DNA of 64,000 nt, taken from NCBI GenBank assembly GCA_951406725.2, contig OX597841.1, positions 7,378,001-7,442,000 of the forward strand. Reading direction: 5' to 3'. The DNA comes from Octopus vulgaris (lineage: Eukaryota). Shown here piece by piece: positions 15,344 to 29,300 of the stretch. Both the position numbers and the translations under genes were made by a program. The notes below the pieces were generated by a model. It saw nothing but the letters and a program-made list of their open reading frames with translations, ran no database searches and had not been told where the DNA came from. Position 1 is the first letter of the stretch; each line of letters begins with the position of its first letter.

Positions 15344-15770
15344 CTCTTTACTCTCTCTCTCTTTTAATCTTTTACTTGTTTCAGTCATTTTGACTGTGGC
15401 CATGCTGGAGCACTGCCTTTAGTCGAGCAACTCGACCCCGGGACTTATTCTTTGACTTATTCTATCGGTCTCTTTTGCCGAACCACTAAGTGACGGGGAC
15501 ATAAACACACCAGCATCAGTTGTGAAACGATGTTGGGGGGACAAACACAGACACACAAACACACACACACACATACATGTACATACATATATATACATAT
15601 ATACGACGACGGGCTTCTTTCAGTTTCCATCTACCAAATCCACTCACAAGGCATTGGTCGGCCCGAGGCTATAGTAGAAGACACTTGCCCAAGGTGCCAC
15701 GCAGTGGGACTGAACCCGGAACAATGTGGTTGGTAAACAAGCTACTTACCACACAGCCACTCCTACACCA
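15344..15770 (-). mobile_element. SINE family A (left arm of inverted pair)
   Basis: Family motifs. Confidence 0.9.
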
Positions 15771-15795
15771 ATGTATATATATATATGTAGGCGCC

Positions 15796-15833
<38 letters not shown>

Positions 15834-15911
15834 TATATGTATACTCCTGCGCTTATATATATATATGTATATATGTATACATGTATATATATATATATGT
15901 ATGTATGTATA

Positions 15912-16318
15912 GGTGCAGGAGTGGCTGTGTGGTAAGTAGCTTGTTTTCCAACCACATGGTTCCGAGTTCAGTCCCACTGCATGACACATTGTCTCTTCTA
16001 CTATAGCATCGAGCTGACCAAAGCCTTGTGAGTGGATTTGGTAGACGGAAACTGAAAGAAGCCCGTCGTATATATGTATATATATGTATGTGTGTGTATG
16101 TTTGTGTGTCTGTGTTTGTCCCCCCAACATCGTTTCACAACTGATGCTGGTGTGTTTATGTCCCCGTCACTTAGTGGTTCGGCAAAAGAGACCGATAGAA
16201 TAAGTCAAAGAATAAGTCCCGGGGTCGAGTTGCTCGACTAAAGGCGGTGCTCCAGCATGGCCACAGTCAAAATGACTGAAACAAGTAAAAGATTAAAAGA
16301 GAGAGAGAGTAAAGAGTA
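15912..16318 (+). mobile_element. SINE family A (right arm of inverted pair)
   Basis: Family motifs. Confidence 0.9.
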
Positions 16319-16464
16319 TATATATATACATACATACATATATATTTATATATATGTATATATAAATATATATATATATATATGTATGTATGTCGTGTAT
16401 ATATATATGTATGTATATACATGTATATATTCATATATATATATATACATATATGTATATATAC

Positions 16465-16499
<35 letters not shown>

Positions 16500-16886
16500 G
16501 ATATATATATATGTATATATGTGTATATATATACATGCATATATATATATATATATATACATACATACATATATATGTATATACATATATATATACATAT
16601 GTTAGTGTATCTGTGTTTGTCCCCCCCCCATTGCTTGACAACTAATGTTGTTGTGTTTACATCCCCATAACTTAGTGATTTGCCAAAAGATACGGATAAA
16701 ATATGTATTAGACTTTCAAAGAATAGGGTCAATTTGTTCGACTAAAGGCAGTGCTCCAGTTTGGCCAGAGTAAATGACTGAAAGGAGGAAAAGAGCAAGA
16801 GGGCTGGTGCCCCAGCATGGCCTCAGTTTATTGACTGAAACAAGTAAAAAAGTAAATATGATCTATATATATATATAAATATATAC

Positions 16887-16937
<51 letters not shown>

Positions 16938-16970
16938 TAAATACATATATATATACATATATACACACAC

Positions 16971-17018
<48 letters not shown>

Positions 17019-17106
17019 ATATATATATGCACACATATATATATATATACACACATATATATATATACATATATATGTATACATATATACACACACATAT
17101 ATATAC

Positions 17107-17170
<64 letters not shown>

Positions 17171-17254
17171 ATATATTATAAATATATATTATATATATAT
17201 ACATGTATATATATATTATAAATATACATTATATATATAAATGCATATATATCA

Positions 17255-17437
17255 TAATCATCATCATCATCGTTTAGTGTCCGCTTTCCATGCTAGCATG
17301 GGTTGGACGGTTCAACTGGGGTCTGGGAAGCCAGAAGGCTGCACCAGGCCCAGTCTGATCTGGCAATGTTTCTACAGCTGGATGCCCTTCCTAACGCCAA
17401 CCACTCCATGAGTGTAGTGGGTGCTTTTTACGTGCCG
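17255..17437 (-). mobile_element. Retroposon 3'-end fragment with (GAT)n tail
   Basis: (cat)n followed by cgtttagtgtccgctttccatgctagcatggg..ggatgcccttcctaacgccaacc, a recognisable RTE/SINE-type tail motif. Confidence 0.5.
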
Positions 17438-17508
17438 GATGTTTTGTTGTCCCTTTTTGTATCACCAAGTTGTCCGGATGTTTTGCGTTCTTGTCCCATT
17501 TTGTATTT

Positions 17509-17553
<45 letters not shown>

Positions 17554-17607
17554 TTATGTATATATATATATATATACAATATATACTTATGTGTGTGTGC
17601 ATATATA

Positions 17608-17788
17608 CTCTTTTACTCTTTTACTCTTTTATTTGTTTCAGTCATTTGACTGTGGCCATGCTGGAGCACCGCCTTTAGTCGGGCAAATCGACCCCGGGAC
17701 TTATTCTTTGTAAGCCCTCTACTTATTCTATCGGTCTCTTTTGCTGAACCGCTAAGTTACTGGGACGTAAACACACACACACACACAT

Positions 17789-17819
<31 letters not shown>

Positions 17820-18008
17820 CTCACACACACACATATATATATATACGACAGGCTTCCTTCAGTTTCCGTCTACCAAATCCACTCACAAGGCATTGGTCGG
17901 CCTGGGGCTATAGCAGAAGACACTTGCCCAAGATGCCACGCAGTGGGACTGAACCCGGAACCATGTGGTTGGTTAGCAAGCTACTTACCACACAGCCACT
18001 CCTGCGCC

Positions 18009-18010
<2 letters not shown>
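17608..18010 (-). mobile_element. SINE family A
   Basis: Family motifs; a further diverged copy at ~18230-18615. Confidence 0.9.
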
Positions 18011-18096
<86 letters not shown>

Positions 18097-18117
18097 TATA
18101 TACATATATATACATAA

Positions 18118-18154
<37 letters not shown>

Positions 18155-18615
18155 CACATATATACACATGCTGTATATGCATGGCTGTATGTATCTGTGT
18201 AGGATGGAATACTGACAAACATTCCGTTCATCTTTTATTCTTTCTCCTGTTTCAGACATTTAACTGCAGCAACACCCTAAAGGCTTTAGTTGAAACAGTT
18301 CTCCCTGGGGTCTTATTCTGTGAAAGCTTGGTACTATAGTAGTACTTATTCTTTTGGTCTCTTTTGTTACGGGGGACGTAAATGGACCAACATCGGTTGC
18401 TAAGCGATGGGGGGGGGGGACAAACAGAAACGCAAAGACACATGCATATAAATGCATATACACCCGTGCAAATATATATACCATGGGCTTCTTTCAGTTT
18501 CCATCTGCCAAATCCACTCACAAGGCTTTGGTTGGCCTGAAGCTATAGTATGAGAAACTTGCACAAGCTGCCATGCACTGGGACTGAACCTGGAACCATG
18601 TGGTTGGGAAGTAAG

Positions 18616-18655
<40 letters not shown>

Positions 18656-18800
18656 CTTTGCTACCCACAAGGGGCTAAACATAGAGGGGACAAACAAAGA
18701 CAGACAAAGGGATTAAGTTGATTACATCGACCCCAGTGCGTAACTGGTACTTAATTTATCGACACTCATAGATATATATACACCCACACACATACATACA

Positions 18801-18949
18801 TTCTGTGTGTCTGTGTGTCACACTTTGACCCCCCTCTCTCACTCTCTCACTATTTAATGACATTTCTTCTCCTCCACTTGTAGGGGTGAGAGTAAATGTG
18901 GGCATAAAGACGGTGAAGGTGGAAGTAGGTTGACATACACATAGACACA

Positions 18950-18999
<50 letters not shown>

Positions 19000-19463
19000 T
19001 GTGTCTATGTGTATGTATATGTGTGTGTATGTGTGAATGTATGTATGTGTGTGGGTGTATATATATATCTATGAGTGTGTGTTTTGTGGCAGTATTTGCC
19101 CCCCCCCCACCCATCACCACTTCGCAACCAGTGTTGGCGTGGTTACAACCGGTGACCTAGCGGTTCGGCTAAAGAGATTGATAGAGGAAGTACTTGACTT
19201 AGAGAAAAAAAAAGGAAGAAAAGAAAAGAAAGTCCTGGGGTTGATTTGTTTGACTAAAACCCTTGAAGGCGGTGCTCCAGCATGGCCGCAGTCAAATGAT
19301 GAAACAAGTTAAAGAATACACACACACACACACACATACACACATATATAAATGTACACAAACACATACACACACATATACATGTATATATTTGTGTGTG
19401 TGTGTGTGCATATATATATGTGTGTGTGTGTATAGTCTTCGTATATATATGTAAAGGATACTT

Positions 19464-19496
<33 letters not shown>

Positions 19497-20282
19497 TACT
19501 GTCACACAGGGCCTCACAAACAGAGACAAAGACATGGACAGGCTGAGACACACAGACAGCCATTACATAAAAATGACTCACAGCAAATCAGTCTGTTCAA
19601 CATGTTCACAGCTAAACAAGGCAATGACATGGCTATAGGCTGTGACACAGTTTGGTAGGACACTATTATGATTGTTTTATGGCTGGGTTAGGACTATGTT
19701 AATGACTGTATTATGACGGTCATATGACTGTTATGATGTTACCACTGAGTTACGAGAGTTTTATGACTGTATTATGACCGTCATATGACTGTTATGATGT
19801 TACCACTGAGTTATGAGAAATTTTTGACTGTTATATGGTTGTATTATGACAATGTTATGGCTGTGTTATGACTGTATTATGACCGTCATATGACTGTTAT
19901 GATGTTACCACTGAGTTATGAGAAATTTTTGACTGTTATATGGTTGTATTATGACAATGTTATGGCTGTGTTATGACTGTATTATGACGGTCATATGACT
20001 GTTATGATGTTACCACTGAGTTATGAGAATTTTATGACTGTATTATGACCGTCATATGACTGTTATGATGTTACTACTGAGTTACGAGAGTTTTATGACT
20101 GTTATATGACTGTTACTGTTACCCCATTACTATCTCAGCTGTCAACCTACTTCCACCTTCACCGTCTTTATGCCCACTTTTACTCTCACCCCTACAAGTG
20201 GAGTAGAAGAAATGTCATTAAATAGTGAGAGAGAGATGGGTGGGGGGGGGGGGGTCAAAGTGTGACACACAGACACACAGAA
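18801..20282. repeat. ~135-bp inverted repeat arms (18801-18935 / 20140-20282) enclosing 1.2 kb
   Basis: Arms are reverse complements apart from a few substitutions and differences around a C/G run. Confidence 0.9.
19690..20120. repeat. Minisatellite built from tgactgttatga / ttaccactgagtt subunits
   Basis: Direct reading. Confidence 0.9.
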
Positions 20283-20850
20283 ATTCGTTTTGGCATTTGT
20301 TATTGTAGATAAGGGGAGATCACTCATTCACTGCAAGGGAAAATAAAGTGCCATGTCACTCTGAGAAGAGAAAAGGATTTGCTCCAAGAAACGGACAGTA
20401 ATCTACGAGTGGGACTTGTGGGAATTCCACAGAAGGAAAACTATTTGGAGAAGCTATTTAATAAACAATGGATGGTTTTGCTAAATTATTTCACTTGCAG
20501 TTACAATAAATATACTTTTTCAAAATTTCCTTCTTCTAAGCACTTTACATGTCTCTCATTCTCTTCAACAAACATTTTAACCAGGTTATTCCCCTCTTCA
20601 TGTCTTTAACACTTCTCTCTTTCTCTTTACCTTTCCTTCCTCACCCTACAGCACGTCTTTAACAACACCTCTCTCTCCTACTTTTCTCTCACCATCTTTT
20701 TCTCTCACTCTTCACCCCCCCCTTCAACTAACCACATGATGTATTTGGCCTTACTGTATTATCATACTCCTCCCTTCCTTCTTCTCTACTCACACATTTC
20801 TCTTTCTCTCTCTCTCTCTTACTCCCCCTCCCCCTCTCTAACTAACTAAA

Positions 20851-22830
20851 CTATAGCGAGCGAACGGACAAGCAGATTATAAAACAGACAAGAGCATTAA
20901 TCGAACCGGAAAAAAGCAACGATGCCGTTCTCCGACCGAAATAGAAAAATGTCTGCAGGAAGTGCGGCCTTCTGAACTGTATATTTGCTGATAAAAGCAA
21001 TCTAGGATGGTGGAAGCTGTCTGCAGCAATGAAGTGGAGGTGTGTAGAATGCTTACAATGAGCTTCTCCTCCAACCAGTTCATGATGCATGGAATGTCGT
21101 CTGACCGAAGTAAGGGTTACAAACATACCTCCACATAGGGACCAGTTCAGACTAATGGCCATGCCAGAGGAGCGTGAAGATGGGGCAATAAACATGAAAA
21201 CAAGCTGGCAACAAAATAGAACAGGAATGTCAATGGAGTTCCACGTTTTGGTCGTTCCAAAAGACGTGTACGGCATCTTAAATTTTTCTTTGTTTTAGCA
21301 AGTGCGAGCAGATGCTGGTTGTCGCAGGGGGTAGGAAACCCAAATGTTGTATCTGTGACAAAACTGATCTCTTAAAAGCTTTATGTTCTTTTGTGAAGAA
21401 GCCGGGAGGAGTACCTCACTTTTTACTGCAGTTCCCAATGACAAATCCATTGCAGTCCCTAAGGGACCATCCCTACAACAAGAATAAGTAGAGAAAAAAG
21501 CAACAGGAATCTTTGGACAAAGCAGGAGTCTTGGACAAGACAAAAGCACCCAAATAGGGGAGCACCAAACGACCCCCACCAAAAAGTAAAAAGCGGAGAG
21601 CAGGTGAAAATAATGATGTAACCCCTAAATCCCGAAAGTTTGTGGGCACCAAGTTCAATAACCTTGACAACCGTGCGCCCAATTTTGTAACCAAAGTAAC
21701 AGGCCAACAACTGCATTTGAAACTTCACCTTGTACGTGGTACCCTGTCCCCAAAACATTCTGACCAGATCAGTGTGCTTGCTTTTTCGATTCTTATTGAA
21801 GGGTCCACTAGTCAAGAAACCCATCTGTGTCAGAATCCATTTTGTGGTGGTCATGGAATGCCATCCTTGACGATGCATTGCTATGCGCAGAAGCTGATGC
21901 ACCTGCTGATATATTTATATTACTGCAATGGTATGAAATCAAGGCTGATCTGGTGTGGGCGTCCTTCGTGCTGCACGTCTTTCCGCTGCTCATTGACCGA
22001 GCTGTACTCCCGGGTGAAACACAGGACAAGAGTGGATGAAGCCATTTGCAGGAACACAAACTAAGATTTCCATAGGGAGTTAGTTGAGAATATGAGCGGC
22101 GATTAGCCAACCATTGACTTTGGGCATCAACGGAGACAGTCTGGGTTGTCTCTTCCGGAGCACATTCTAGTCGAAGATAATGGACAATTTCAACAAGTCT
22201 TTGGCATGGCAGTGCATCAGGGAGCGGGGCACATTACTTGTTCACTATACACTCTTTGGGAATGGAAGTTCCAACAGCCAAACCTGAATTTGGACCTGGA
22301 GATCTCCATTTCCAGCGACTTTGAGGGCCATATCCCAGTGGTGTCAGGTGTCAACGAAGAGCCCTCGACTACAACAAGACTACCAAAGTTTTTTTTCCCC
22401 CAAGGTCTGGGGTCCTCCGCCCCTAAGTCCTAGACCATCACCTAATCACCCTCACCCGTCTTGTTGCTTAACAACAACAACAACAACAACAACAGCCGAA
22501 CCTGTCTGAGATACGTGCAGGAAGACGGAACCATTCAGCTTGCAATTGTTCAGTGTCTGTATATTAAGGACTTGTGGCCTTCTGTTGAACTACTGCTGTC
22601 TTGTGTAAGACAAATCTAGCTGCCTGCTAAGTGTATAGTAAAGACCGACGCACCCACCAGAATTCTTTAAGTAGAGAAGGAAGGGGCTGTGTGTGTGGGC
22701 CCATCTGAAAGGTTTGAAGACAGGCACTTTCCTATCTGGCCAAACTCTCATCAATTTCTTCAGGTATCATTCGAAGAGAAAGGTGAGGGTAGAGAAGGAG
22801 GCCTTAATGTGGACGAGAGTGACCAGACTG
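20851..22830 (+). pseudogene. Internally deleted Tx1/L1-type LINE (ORF1 zinc-knuckle remnant plus distal ORF2)
   Basis: ORF1-like LVVAGGRKPKCCICDKTDLLKALC (~21320-21390); ORF2-like CQNPFCGGHGMPSL, MDNFNKSLAWQC, CLRY..DGTIQLAIVQC..DLW and FLSGQTLINFFRYH; many stops. Confidence 0.7.
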
Positions 22831-22994
22831 GATTTGCTCTGAGAATGCTTTTCTAAATAGGAAGGAAAAAACTGGAACATGGCACTTTGCCATGGCTTGG
22901 TGTCGGCAGAGTAATTTGGAACATTTTGTGTGGAATTTTCCCTCACTGGACTTCTCTGCTTTTGGGGATTCATATTTATTTTTCATGTTTATTT

Positions 22995-23297
22995 TCATAT
23001 ATAAAACTAAAGTTGTGTGTGTGAGACTCTGTCTCCTCCGATTTAGATTCCTAACTACTCCCACATTTTGCGGTGCAGTATAACCAAAAGCGGATATCTT
23101 ATAGTCATGATTTATATCGAGCCCTTCTGGGTATTAGCGTGCATCTACGATGAGTCTACGATTTAAACAAAAATTACCATCATTTTTCTGCATTTTTAAT
23201 GATTTTTGCTCGGGTTATATAAGGGAAGTAACTCTCTAAAAATGCTTATATAGTTATTTCCCTTACACACCTGAGCAACGTCGGGCGATACTGCTTG
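22995..23297 (+). mobile_element. Solo non-autonomous Helitron (same family as 8883-10175)
   Basis: Same body; decayed 3' hairpin and CTTG end. Confidence 0.85.
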
Positions 23298-23699
23298 TTT
23301 TCATATAATTTTGTTATAACTTTAATGTCGTCGGGTCTTCTTTCCCTCTTGATAGATGTAAACCCCACCTTTTTGTGTGTTGTATCTAGTTCTTTGACAA
23401 AATCTGCCATGTCTTGGGTCCCTGTGGCCGAGGTCAACTTTGCCTTTCATCCTTTCGGAGTCGATTAATTAAGTACCAGCTGCATTCTGCGGTCAATGTG
23501 ATCGACTGTTCCCCTCCCTATAAAATCCAAGCTTTGCACCGTTAGTAGAAAGGATTACTATTATTTATGGTTTCCTTTCATTATAACTTTATTTCAGCTG
23601 CCTTAGCCCCGGGCCTCCTCCGAAGGCCTAGAGTAGCAAGGGAGTTCTGTTTTGCTATGCATGCTAAAATTATCACCACATTTATTCCATTTTAGATGG

Positions 23700-25235
23700 A
23701 GAGTGCTTTCCGTAGTCTATGGGCTGAACCCATCAAGGTTACCTTTTGTAATTCACAGAGATTGGAGTTACCAGGGAAATGCTTAATAATCTTCTCAGCT
23801 CCCTTCTTTATAGATTCCCAGTGCACCGATTACAACTGGTATTGTCGTAGTACTTAGCTTCCACATTTTCGTGATTTCAATTTGCAGATCTTTATATTGA
23901 GAAAGCTTTTTGTATTCCTTTCTTGAGACATTTTGCTCTTGGTGGGGACAGACATATCTATTAACAGACAGGTTCCACTGTTATAGTCCTTGATCACAAT
24001 GTCTGGTCGATTGGAGTCAGTTTTTCTGTGTTTGTATTGGGAAGTGCCAAAGGATGGTGATGCCCTCGCCATTTATGACATCCCCTGGATGGTGCCTGTA
24101 CCACTTACCATGGGATTTAAGCATTCCAGTGGTTGTACTTCCCTAGTCTGTCATGTCTTGTGAGGTACTTCTTTGCAGCCAGGACTGGGCAGCCAGAAAC
24201 AACACAATTTTCTCTGTGAATTTTCCACAAATTCTGCACAAGGGGCCAGATTCATCTTTAAGGATGGTTAGTTTCTGGTAGGTAAGCTCTGCTCTTGCGC
24301 TGCAATAACAAAACCTTCTGTTTCCCCTTTCAGACCTGTCCCTTGTAGCCACTGGTTTTGATCAATGTCTGGCTTGGTCACGTGGTTAGGGTATTTTCCA
24401 TGCGGGGTTTTGCCTTTCCAGGGGTTTTGACTTCCATATTATTCACGCAAGCCTTCTTTGCTTTTGTTTGGTGTTTTTTCTTTTGCATCAGTGATAGGTT
24501 TGTCACTATTTGGATCTTGTTGGTCTTTCAGATTGTTAATTCCTAAATCAAGAGAAGCAATGGGCGCAGGAGTGGCTGTGTGGTAAGTAGCTTGCTTACC
24601 AACCACATGGTTCTGGGTTCAGTCCCACTGCGTGGCACCTTGGGCAAGTGTCTTCTACTATAGCCTCGGGCCGACCAAAGCCTTGTGAGTGGATTTGGTA
24701 GATGGAAACTGAAAGAAGCCCGTCGTATATATGTATATATATGTATGTGTGTGTGTGTGTGTGTTTGTGTGTCTGTGTTTGTCCCCCTAGCATTGCGTGA
24801 CAACCGATACTGGTGTGTTTTATATCCCCGTCACTTAGCGGTTCGGCAAAAGAGACCGATAGAATAAGTACTGGGCTTACAAAAAGAATAAGTCCCGGGG
24901 GTTGAGTTGCTCGATTAAAAAAGGCGGTGCTCCAGCATGGCCGCAGTCAAATGACTGAAACAAGTAAAAAGAGTAAAATGAGTAATGGTAGGCCTGTCAG
25001 TATTTCGGTGTCTTTGCTCATTCTTACTGTTAACTTGTAGGCCAAGAGATTTTTAAAATTTCTAAGCTTCGTGACAGAAGCTTCGTGCTTCAGTGCAGTT
25101 TGCAAAAGTGCATCACTTGCTGTATTAAGGTACGTTTCAAGGCCTATTATTGCTGATTTAAAGGATTGTTCAAGCTGCATCAGGTCTCTTCCACCTATTT
25201 TTCTTGGGAGATAAGTCCTATCTAATTCTGATTTT
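23700..25235 (-). pseudogene. R4/Dong-like (restriction-like endonuclease) non-LTR retrotransposon 3' fragment
   Basis: PRKIGGRDLMQLE, CRICG zinc knuckle, NRPDIVIKD..CLLIDMSVP and LQIEITKMWK..TIPVVIGALG; interrupted by a SINE. Confidence 0.85.
24563..24985 (+). mobile_element. SINE family A nested in the RLE LINE
   Basis: Full-length family motifs. Confidence 0.9.
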
Positions 25236-25239
25236 CAAT

Positions 25240-25327
25240 TATTCTTCTTATTATTATTATAACTATTACTATTATTGTTATTATTATTATTAATTATTAT
25301 TATCATTATTAATTATTATTATTATTA

Positions 25328-25388
<61 letters not shown>

Positions 25389-25417
25389 GGTTATTATTAT
25401 TATTATTATTATAACTA

Positions 25418-25510
<93 letters not shown>

Positions 25511-25994
25511 GAGTGAGAGAGCAGTTCATGCCATCAAAGTGACGCTGGGGTAAAATATACGAAGCCCAATATACCCATCATGACTACCCGTCTGATAAAG
25601 GTACACCAGGCACATGCATCACAACCATATGTGCGCGACATGGTGATCTCATATCAAGATAAACAGCACATGACCTTGCAGGTGGGGCCCAGTTTGAATT
25701 TTCTTCAGGTTGAGTAGCCCATCCCGCTCAAACGGTCCCCGAATAAGGGTTGTTTAAGGATGTTGAAAGAACCACCCATGTTTCCAGAGGTGAATTATTC
25801 AAACCCCAAAGAATCCCTCTCAACACGTGGCTATGATGCTCCCCCACTACTTCTGCTCGTGATCAGAGATGCACATATCGTCAGCCACCAAGGGACATGC
25901 TCAACTGGTTAAGGTCAAACAACTGACAAGCAAATCTGTGGTATTGAGCAGAATATTTGCTGTAGCCCATCTTTTATACCTATTATTATTATTA

Positions 25995-26028
<34 letters not shown>

Positions 26029-26082
26029 CATTATTATTATTATTAATTAGTATTATTAATATTATTATTATTATTATTATTA

Positions 26083-26132
<50 letters not shown>

Positions 26133-26232
26133 TAGTATTATTAATTAATATTATTATTATTATTATTATTATTATCATTATTATTATTATTAATTAGTAT
26201 TGTTAATATTATTATTATTATTATTATTTATA
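25240..26232. repeat. (TTA)n arrays enclosing a 470-bp non-repetitive insert (25511-25980)
   Basis: Direct reading; sharp boundaries with TTA on both sides. Confidence 0.85.
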
Positions 26233-26333
26233 TTTCCAGAAATCTGCCTCAATCTGCTTCGTCGAGTGACGCATACACACACACACACAAACACATACAC
26301 CCTTAGTTGCCATACAAAAATATTGAACCAAGG

Positions 26334-29300
26334 ATGGTTTCCACTCCCGCTATCACTCATACCACTCTCGCTACTCCTACTTCAACAAACACCATCTCAG
26401 TCGCTGGTTTCGTCTTCCTCATCACCTTTGCCCTCATCTGCATCTCACACGCACAGGAGCAGCGAAACCGCAGCTTCCCTTTCCGGTTGTCCGGTGCAGC
26501 TCGAACCGTTTTATCTTTCCGCTACCAACCTGCCAGCGAGTGTTTGTACGATATTAACGCCAACGTCTCGATTTGTGCCTCTGACCAGCCTTTCCCAACC
26601 AGTACTCCTAGTGCCACCCCCCAGGGGCAACCCTCACCTTCTAATATCTCCTACATATATATCCACTGCAGAAACAATCCTACACGGTCCAACCCTCACC
26701 GGTCCAAGTGCCTATGCAAATTTGGAAATCCTATTTTTTCTGTTTTAAACAATGCCTATGTCTCCGACGGGCCCCTTGAATTAACCCCGACAGTGAACAA
26801 TGAACAAAAACCCAACACAAGGTCACTAGATGTGCTGGATATGGATATAGATTTAGAATTACAGCCTGATGGTGGATCCAGGATTGGTTTAGCAGCAAGC
26901 AGTCGTCCACATCTACAGGATGGTCACCAGTCGGAACCATGGAGTGATAAGAACCAGCAGCTTGAAAGTAGGTCTCAAACAGTCCTTAAGAAAAATGTTG
27001 AATTTTCACCCAGCCACAAACCTCAAGATTCTTCACCAGTGCAACCCCAGAATTTTATTTTTTGTCAGGTGACTGATTTGACGTCGATATCGTTGCATCA
27101 CTTGAAATCATTGGCTGCAGTGGATTTGGGTTCAAATAGCATCAGAGCTGTACCCCGCAAGTTTTTTGTCGGCTTAGCCAATTTAAAATACATTTCTCTC
27201 TCTCACAATCCTATTGATATACTACCGGATGGAGTGTTTTGTGGTCTGAAAAACTTGACTTACTTAGACTTAAGTAACCTTCACTTGTCCGGGTATCCAT
27301 CAATTGCATTTTTGTGCCACCGGGTGTCGCCACCAATCCGTTACATTGACATTAGTCAGAACAGCATCGAAACTCTGTCTACTGAGGCCTTAACGACACT
27401 TGCATCGTCTCTCATATTCCTCAATCTCTCCAGTAATGCTATTAACCATATACATTCGTCTGCCTTCCAAAACAGCCGTGTCTTGAGGACCTTAGATCTC
27501 TCTTTCAATCGTTTGTCCGAGTTACCAGCTCGGTTATGCCAGGGACTTGAAGCCCTTCGTCACCTTTACATCTCATCCAACCGTATCTTCGTCCTACACG
27601 CTTTACCACTGATCAACTGCACCAGACTCCTGCATCTGGATTTATCTTCGAACATCATTAATCACATCCCACAACATCTCAACCTTTCGTCTCTGCAACT
27701 CCTCAACCTCAGCGCCAACGATTTAAGGTCCCTAACTCCGTCTATGTTTAGTGCCTTTCCTTTGCTAAAACAACTTGATCTCTCACAGAACAAAATCAAA
27801 CTCATCGAAAAGAACAGCATTTCTTTGTTCCCAGCTTTGCAGTCCCTCAATTTGAGTCGCAACCGTCTCGAGGACGGATTGAACTTCAATGTTATCTTTC
27901 AGCATTTAGGGTCTTTAACGGTTTTAGACCTCAGTTCTAATGTTATCACATCACTGGGCAACAACAGCTTTGCTCACCTTCAGAACTTAGAGCATCTAGA
28001 TCTTTCCCATAACTTCCTCAGTTTCTTTAACCGTTTGGTGTTCAGAAAACTGTCCAGATTGAAAGAACTGAATCTTAGGGCAAACATGATATCACTGTTG
28101 TCACGTGGGGCATTTGAAGACCTCGCTGATTTACAAATACTAGATTTATCCGAAAACGACCTTGTAACTATTGAAAACCAGGCCTTCCCCCAATGCCCGT
28201 TTACTCTGAACTTGAGCAGGAATTCTTTACAAGTAGTTCCAGCCGGTCTGAAGAACACATCGATACAGCATCTTGACATGAGATGGAACTACATAAGAAA
28301 ACTGCATTTCCAGGCGTTTCATGATATGGGGCGCCTCGAACATTTACAAGTAGGACACAACCACATTGAAGAGGCCATTCCTGGAGCCTTTTCTAGCTTA
28401 TCTAACCTAAAAACCCTCTCGCTTGACCACAATAAATTAAATATTGATTTTGAAGAAAATGTTTTTCAAGGCTTGGAAAGTTTAGCATCCATAAACCTCG
28501 CCTACAACAACATCCATCGTCTCTCGGACATTTTCAGATACCCCGCCTTACAGCGTGTGCAATATCTCAATATATCACACAATCCTATAAAATCGATAGG
28601 GGATTATCTCTTTCCACCCACTTACCCTGTACGAGGTGCCATCCGAAAGCTTTCTCTTGACAGTTGCAACATAACCGAAATTATTCCGTTTGCTTTCAAC
28701 AACCTGGAGAACCTGACCGCCATCTCTTTGCGGGATAATTTCCTCACTCGTTTCAAACCGTTTGTCGTGATGTCCTCGGGGTTGTCTGTACTCCTACATG
28801 GCAACCCAATCGTTTGTTCATGTGAAATGCGTTGGCTTAAAGAGCAACAACAACAACAGCAACAACAACGGCAGCAGCAGAAGCGAAGTTTTGCAATGGA
28901 GAAACTTTCTGAATCTACGTATCATGTAGAAGAATGCACATTTGAGCACAGCCCCGACCGGAAACCCATTCTCACTACAAGCATAAACGAATTCCTCTGC
29001 ATATCAAAAATAGAATGCAGCACGAAGTGTGACTGCTTCGCAGGTAAAGAGGCTGGTTCACCGCTGCGGACGCTCTGTTCTCGAAGACTGACCACTTTGC
29101 CTGATGTCATAGCATCCAGCACGGTCCAACTGTATCTGGATGGCAATGATTTCTCATCCCTCGGTCAACTGACCAGTTTGTCCGAACGCAAACGAATGCA
29201 GACGCAAGAGCTGTACTTGAACGCTAGTCAAATCAGCTCCATCGGCGAGGACTTCCTCAAGAGGTTCCCAGAACTGCGGGTCCTCCGACTCAACAAAAAT

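Noticed and set aside
26307-26333. TTG start given by the ORF track for the TLR
   Set aside because: Eukaryotic gene; the first ATG (26334) has a strong Kozak context and the TTG directly follows an acceptor-like ttag
26200-26748. Overlapping 182-aa ORF with a YxNL motif shared with the downstream copy
   Set aside because: Starts in (TTA)n without an ATG, and substitutions between the copies show no codon-position bias in this frame
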